The notes under the pieces are model-generated. The model searched no databases, had not been told where the DNA came from, and saw only the letters and a list, made by a program, of their open reading frames with translations. This document shows positions 16,210 to 18,925 of a stretch of 18,925 nt of DNA, one piece after another (position 1 is the first letter of the stretch; the number at the start of each line of letters is the position of its first letter). The DNA comes from Candidatus Zixiibacteriota bacterium (GTDB lineage Bacteria; Zixibacteria; MSB-5A5; GN15; FEB-12): assembly GCA_041742355.1 (NCBI GenBank), contig JBGSIV010000027.1:1-18925 (forward strand). Direction: 5' to 3'. A program made the position numbers and the translations under genes.

Positions 16210-16506
16210 GCCGTCACTGCATCACGACTTGCCATTTTCACCGCGTTTCGCGTATCACCCGGACAGACCATCGTAGCCCGCCGTCTCCGTCGGTCATTGG
16301 GTCGGGATGGTTCTCTCCTCGCAATCACACTTCACCGTGCCGGCCGCCGCCATCTGGAGCAGGTCTGCCTGCGGCAGTCCCGGGTGGTCTCATGACTGCA
16401 GGCTTCACCTCTCGCTACTTCATCGTTGCCCTTCATTCGCACGATCCGAAAAGAACGCCCGCGGGAGCGGGCTCACGTTGACACATAAGCGAAAGGAAAC
16501 GGACAC

Positions 16507-17076
16507 ATGAAGAAGCTGGCTTTACTTGGAATCCTGATCGTAGCGTTTGCCGTCAGCGCCCCGGCGCAGACAACCCGACCCTTCAGCATTTACGCCGGTG
16601 GCGGCATTGGCATCCCGATCTCCGCTGATGACTTCAAGGATCTCCACGACATGGGCTTCCACGGCAAGATCGGCATCGGCTACCGCCTTCCCAGCGCCCC
16701 GGGCCTGGAACTGATCGGCAAGTTTGAGTACCACACCTTTGGCGCAAGCGATGAGAACCTTGCCGACAGCGATTTCCGGCCGCTCTTGTTCGGCGCCGAT
16801 GCCAAGTACGCCTTTGGTCTTCCGACCGCACCGACCAAGCCCTATGTCCTTGGCGGCCTCGGTCTCGCGGCGTGGGAGTTCACGGACGGAGAGGACGATG
16901 AGGAACTGGTCGATGAAGAACTCGACGGGTCCGACCTCTACCTCAATTTCGGGGCCGGCGTGGATCTCAAGCCGGGCGACGCGTTCGGCATTTTCATCGA
17001 AGGTCGGTACGTGATCCTGCTCACGGAAGGTGATGCCACCTCGTTCATCCCGATTACGGCAGGATTCACTTTCTAA
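16507..17076 (+). CDS. Small outer-membrane beta-barrel protein (OmpA-TM/OMP_b-brl-like), paralog 1
   Basis: SD AAAGGA; signal peptide MKKLALLGILIVAFAVSAPA; amphipathic strands, KPYVLGGLG, FGAGVD, IEGRY; C-terminal Phe (AGFTF). Confidence 0.85.
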   Translation: MKKLALLGILIVAFAVSAPAQTTRPFSIYAGGGIGIPISADDFKDLHDMGFHGKIGIGYRLPSAPGLELIGKFEYHTFGASDENLADSDFRPLLFGADAKYAFGLPTAPTKPYVLGGLGLAAWEFTDGEDDEELVDEELDGSDLYLNFGAGVDLKPGDAFGIFIEGRYVILLTEGDATSFIPITAGFTF

Positions 17077-17099
17077 TCGTGCCCGCCATGCGGATACCG

Positions 17100-17127
17100 G
17101 ACCGGAGCATGTCTCCGGTCTTTTTTT
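17100..17127 (+). terminator. Intrinsic terminator after paralog 1
   Basis: GACCGGAG-catgt-CTCCGGTC followed by T7. Confidence 0.88.
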
Positions 17128-17270
17128 GGGCCAAGCAGTCGAGCGGGGATATCCGGAGTAGCGAGATCTCGCGCCCTGTGAGCGCGGGCCGCCCGAATCG
17201 GGCCAACGCCGTTTTTCGCCCTCCCGTATAACGGACGCACACAGAGCACACGAAAAACGGAGGGTGATTT

Positions 17271-17789
17271 ATGGCACGAGCAATCGGTCTGCTCGCGTTG
17301 CTTCTGACCGCGTGCGTCCAGGCCCAACCGGACGATCCCGGGGGCGCCGTATCGATCGGCACGATGTTCCCCATCGGTAACCTGTCGGAATTCACCGAAC
17401 CCGGTCTCTTCGCCAGCGGCCAGTTCCCGATCGGGACCAACGAGACGGTTACACCGTCGGTCCGGCTCGGCGCTTTCTACTTCCCGTCGGACTACGAGGT
17501 GGTCGACGAGAACAATCCGGCCGCGTTCCTCCTCCAGCTCCAGGCCAATCTGCGCCTGCCGGGTGAGGCTGACGCCGTCTATCTGCTTGGCTCGGGGGGC
17601 GGTGCTTTGACGTACAGTGCGACCACCGCCAACAACTGGCGAGGCGGCATTGTCGCGGGCGCGGGCGCCGGAATAGACTTTGACATCGGGAACCGGAGCG
17701 TGTTTCTTGAGGGCAGGTACATATATGCGTGGATAGACAAGGCCGAGGACTGGAAGTTCGCCCCGGTGGGGTTCGGCCTGCGCTTCTAA
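17271..17789 (+). CDS. Small outer-membrane beta-barrel protein, paralog 2
   Basis: SD GGAGGG; signal peptide; VYLLGSGG, AGAGIDF, LEGRY, C-terminal PVGFGLRF. Confidence 0.8.
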   Translation: MARAIGLLALLLTACVQAQPDDPGGAVSIGTMFPIGNLSEFTEPGLFASGQFPIGTNETVTPSVRLGAFYFPSDYEVVDENNPAAFLLQLQANLRLPGEADAVYLLGSGGGALTYSATTANNWRGGIVAGAGAGIDFDIGNRSVFLEGRYIYAWIDKAEDWKFAPVGFGLRF

Positions 17790-17847
17790 TCGAACCGGGC
17801 CGAGTGCACCCTGCGGGAGGCGGCCGGTTCACAGCCAGAGGATACCA

Positions 17848-18441
17848 ATGCGCGCGATCCTTCTGCGAACGATGCTCCCGGCCGCGGTGCTCCTTTTCGG
17901 CCTTGCTGCGCTCCAGCCCGCTTCCGCCCGCACTGTGCACTTTTCGGCCGACGCGGGCCCGTCGTTTCTCGGGGGACCGTCGTTCGTCACCGACTACCTT
18001 CGGGTGAACGATGGCGTCACCGGCAGTGTCGCCGCAGCTTTTGAGTTCGAGGACAATTTCAACCTGATCGTCCGCCTCGAATACCACCGCCTGCCGATCG
18101 ACGATACGTCGGTGGTGGGAATCCACGAGGCCCTGGAGGTGTGGATGATCGGGACGATGCTCCAGTACGTCTTTCTCGACGAGGACGAGACGTGGCGGCC
18201 GTTTATCGGGCTGGGCTATTCGACGGCCGATGTCGGCTGGGCGGATGATGCGCGGGCGGAGATTGAGACGTATTTCGACAGCGACGATTTTCGCAGCGTT
18301 TTGCAGATAGGCGCCGGGTTTCAGATCCGGACCGCCGAGTGGCTGCGGGTGATCGCCGAGGGGCGGCTGGTGGTGATTTCGTCGCCGTTCAACGAGTCCT
18401 CGACCACGCTCTATCCGATCACGATCGGCGTGCGTTTTTGA
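17848..18441 (+). CDS. Small outer-membrane beta-barrel protein, paralog 3
   Basis: SD GAGG; signal peptide ending PASA; LEYH, RPFIGLG, IGAGFQ, AEGRL, C-terminal PITIGVRF. Confidence 0.82.
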   Translation: MRAILLRTMLPAAVLLFGLAALQPASARTVHFSADAGPSFLGGPSFVTDYLRVNDGVTGSVAAAFEFEDNFNLIVRLEYHRLPIDDTSVVGIHEALEVWMIGTMLQYVFLDEDETWRPFIGLGYSTADVGWADDARAEIETYFDSDDFRSVLQIGAGFQIRTAEWLRVIAEGRLVVISSPFNESSTTLYPITIGVRF

Positions 18442-18463
18442 GGCGCACGCCCGGTTCGTTCCC

Positions 18464-18925
18464 CTACTCCTTGAGGAGCTCCAGCTCGATAATCGGGCTC
18501 TCGGTGTCAACCTGATCGCCGTCCTTGAAATTGATCGCCTTGACGGTCCCTTTCGCCCGGCACAGCACCGGGTTTTCCATCTTCATCGCCTCGACGATCA
18601 CCATCTGCTGCTTCGGATTGACCTCCTGGCCCAGCTCCACGCAGATCTTCACGATCTTGCCGGGCATCGGGGCGAAGATCTTGTCCGGATCGGCGCCGTG
18701 GTCCCCGGCCCCACCGGCGACGTTTTCCTCGGTCGCCTCTTTGAGTTCCAGCAGGACCGAATCGATATCGACGAAGATCCTGTCCTTATGCTTGATGGCC
18801 GCGACGTTTACCCGCCGCCCGTTGTGGTCCAGGAAGAACTGGTTCGGGCCGAGCGGATGCAAGAGGAGGCTGGTGTCGCCCACGGTCAGGCGCAGATTTC
18901 CCGCCTCTTTGTCGAGCCGCGCTCC
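18464..18925 (-). CDS. Biotin carboxyl carrier protein/domain of an acyl-CoA carboxylase (5' part outside window)
   Basis: APMPGKI...V..G..V, biotinylation motif EAMKMEN, GTV..I....GDQV; the frame is open to the window edge. Confidence 0.9.
   Translation of the reverse strand, partial: GARLDKEAGNLRLTVGDTSLLLHPLGPNQFFLDHNGRRVNVAAIKHKDRIFVDIDSVLLELKEATEENVAGGAGDHGADPDKIFAPMPGKIVKICVELGQEVNPKQQMVIVEAMKMENPVLCRAKGTVKAINFKDGDQVDTESPIIELELLKE

Noticed and set aside
16478..16483. Perfect TTGACA just upstream of beta-barrel paralog 1
   Set aside because: No -10-like hexamer 16-18 nt downstream.
1..18925. CRISPR array, IS element, prophage or anti-phage defence operon
   Set aside because: No regularly spaced repeats, terminal inverted repeats, or transposase/integrase/nuclease motifs were seen; nearly all coding space is explained by known families.

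Overview
GC-rich chromosomal window from a diderm bacterium (outer-membrane beta-barrels are present). It is mostly housekeeping DNA, with no integrase, transposase, CRISPR array or recognisable defence system. Left to right: AlkA-type DNA-3-methyladenine glycosylase (+); tRNA-Gly(CCC) (-); a minus-strand run of DinB-family protein, Nfu-type Fe-S carrier, Mrp/ApbC fused to a DUF971-like domain, tatC, nrdR, cutA, an MTH1187-family protein and glyA; a three-gene insert (GNAT +, secreted hypothetical -, tandem-receiver response regulator +); minus-strand rpiB, ilvE, two acyl-CoA dehydrogenases, 3-hydroxybutyryl-CoA dehydrogenase and thiolase; three tandem small beta-barrel paralogs (+); and a biotin-carboxyl-carrier gene cut by the right edge. 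The best unexplained signal is non-coding. Between nfu and dinB, an ECF-sigma-type promoter (GGAAC-N17-CGTT) is followed about 80 nt later by a strong intrinsic terminator, suggesting a small RNA or dinB attenuator. Its unstructured part is complementary to the start-codon regions of two envelope-protein genes in this window. Other points of interest are a Rex/CRP-like palindrome at the thiolase operon, a probably leaderless alkA mRNA, a long structured leader before the beta-barrel array, and a tRNA with a non-canonical T-loop. All assignments come from motif recognition by eye; no database search was run.
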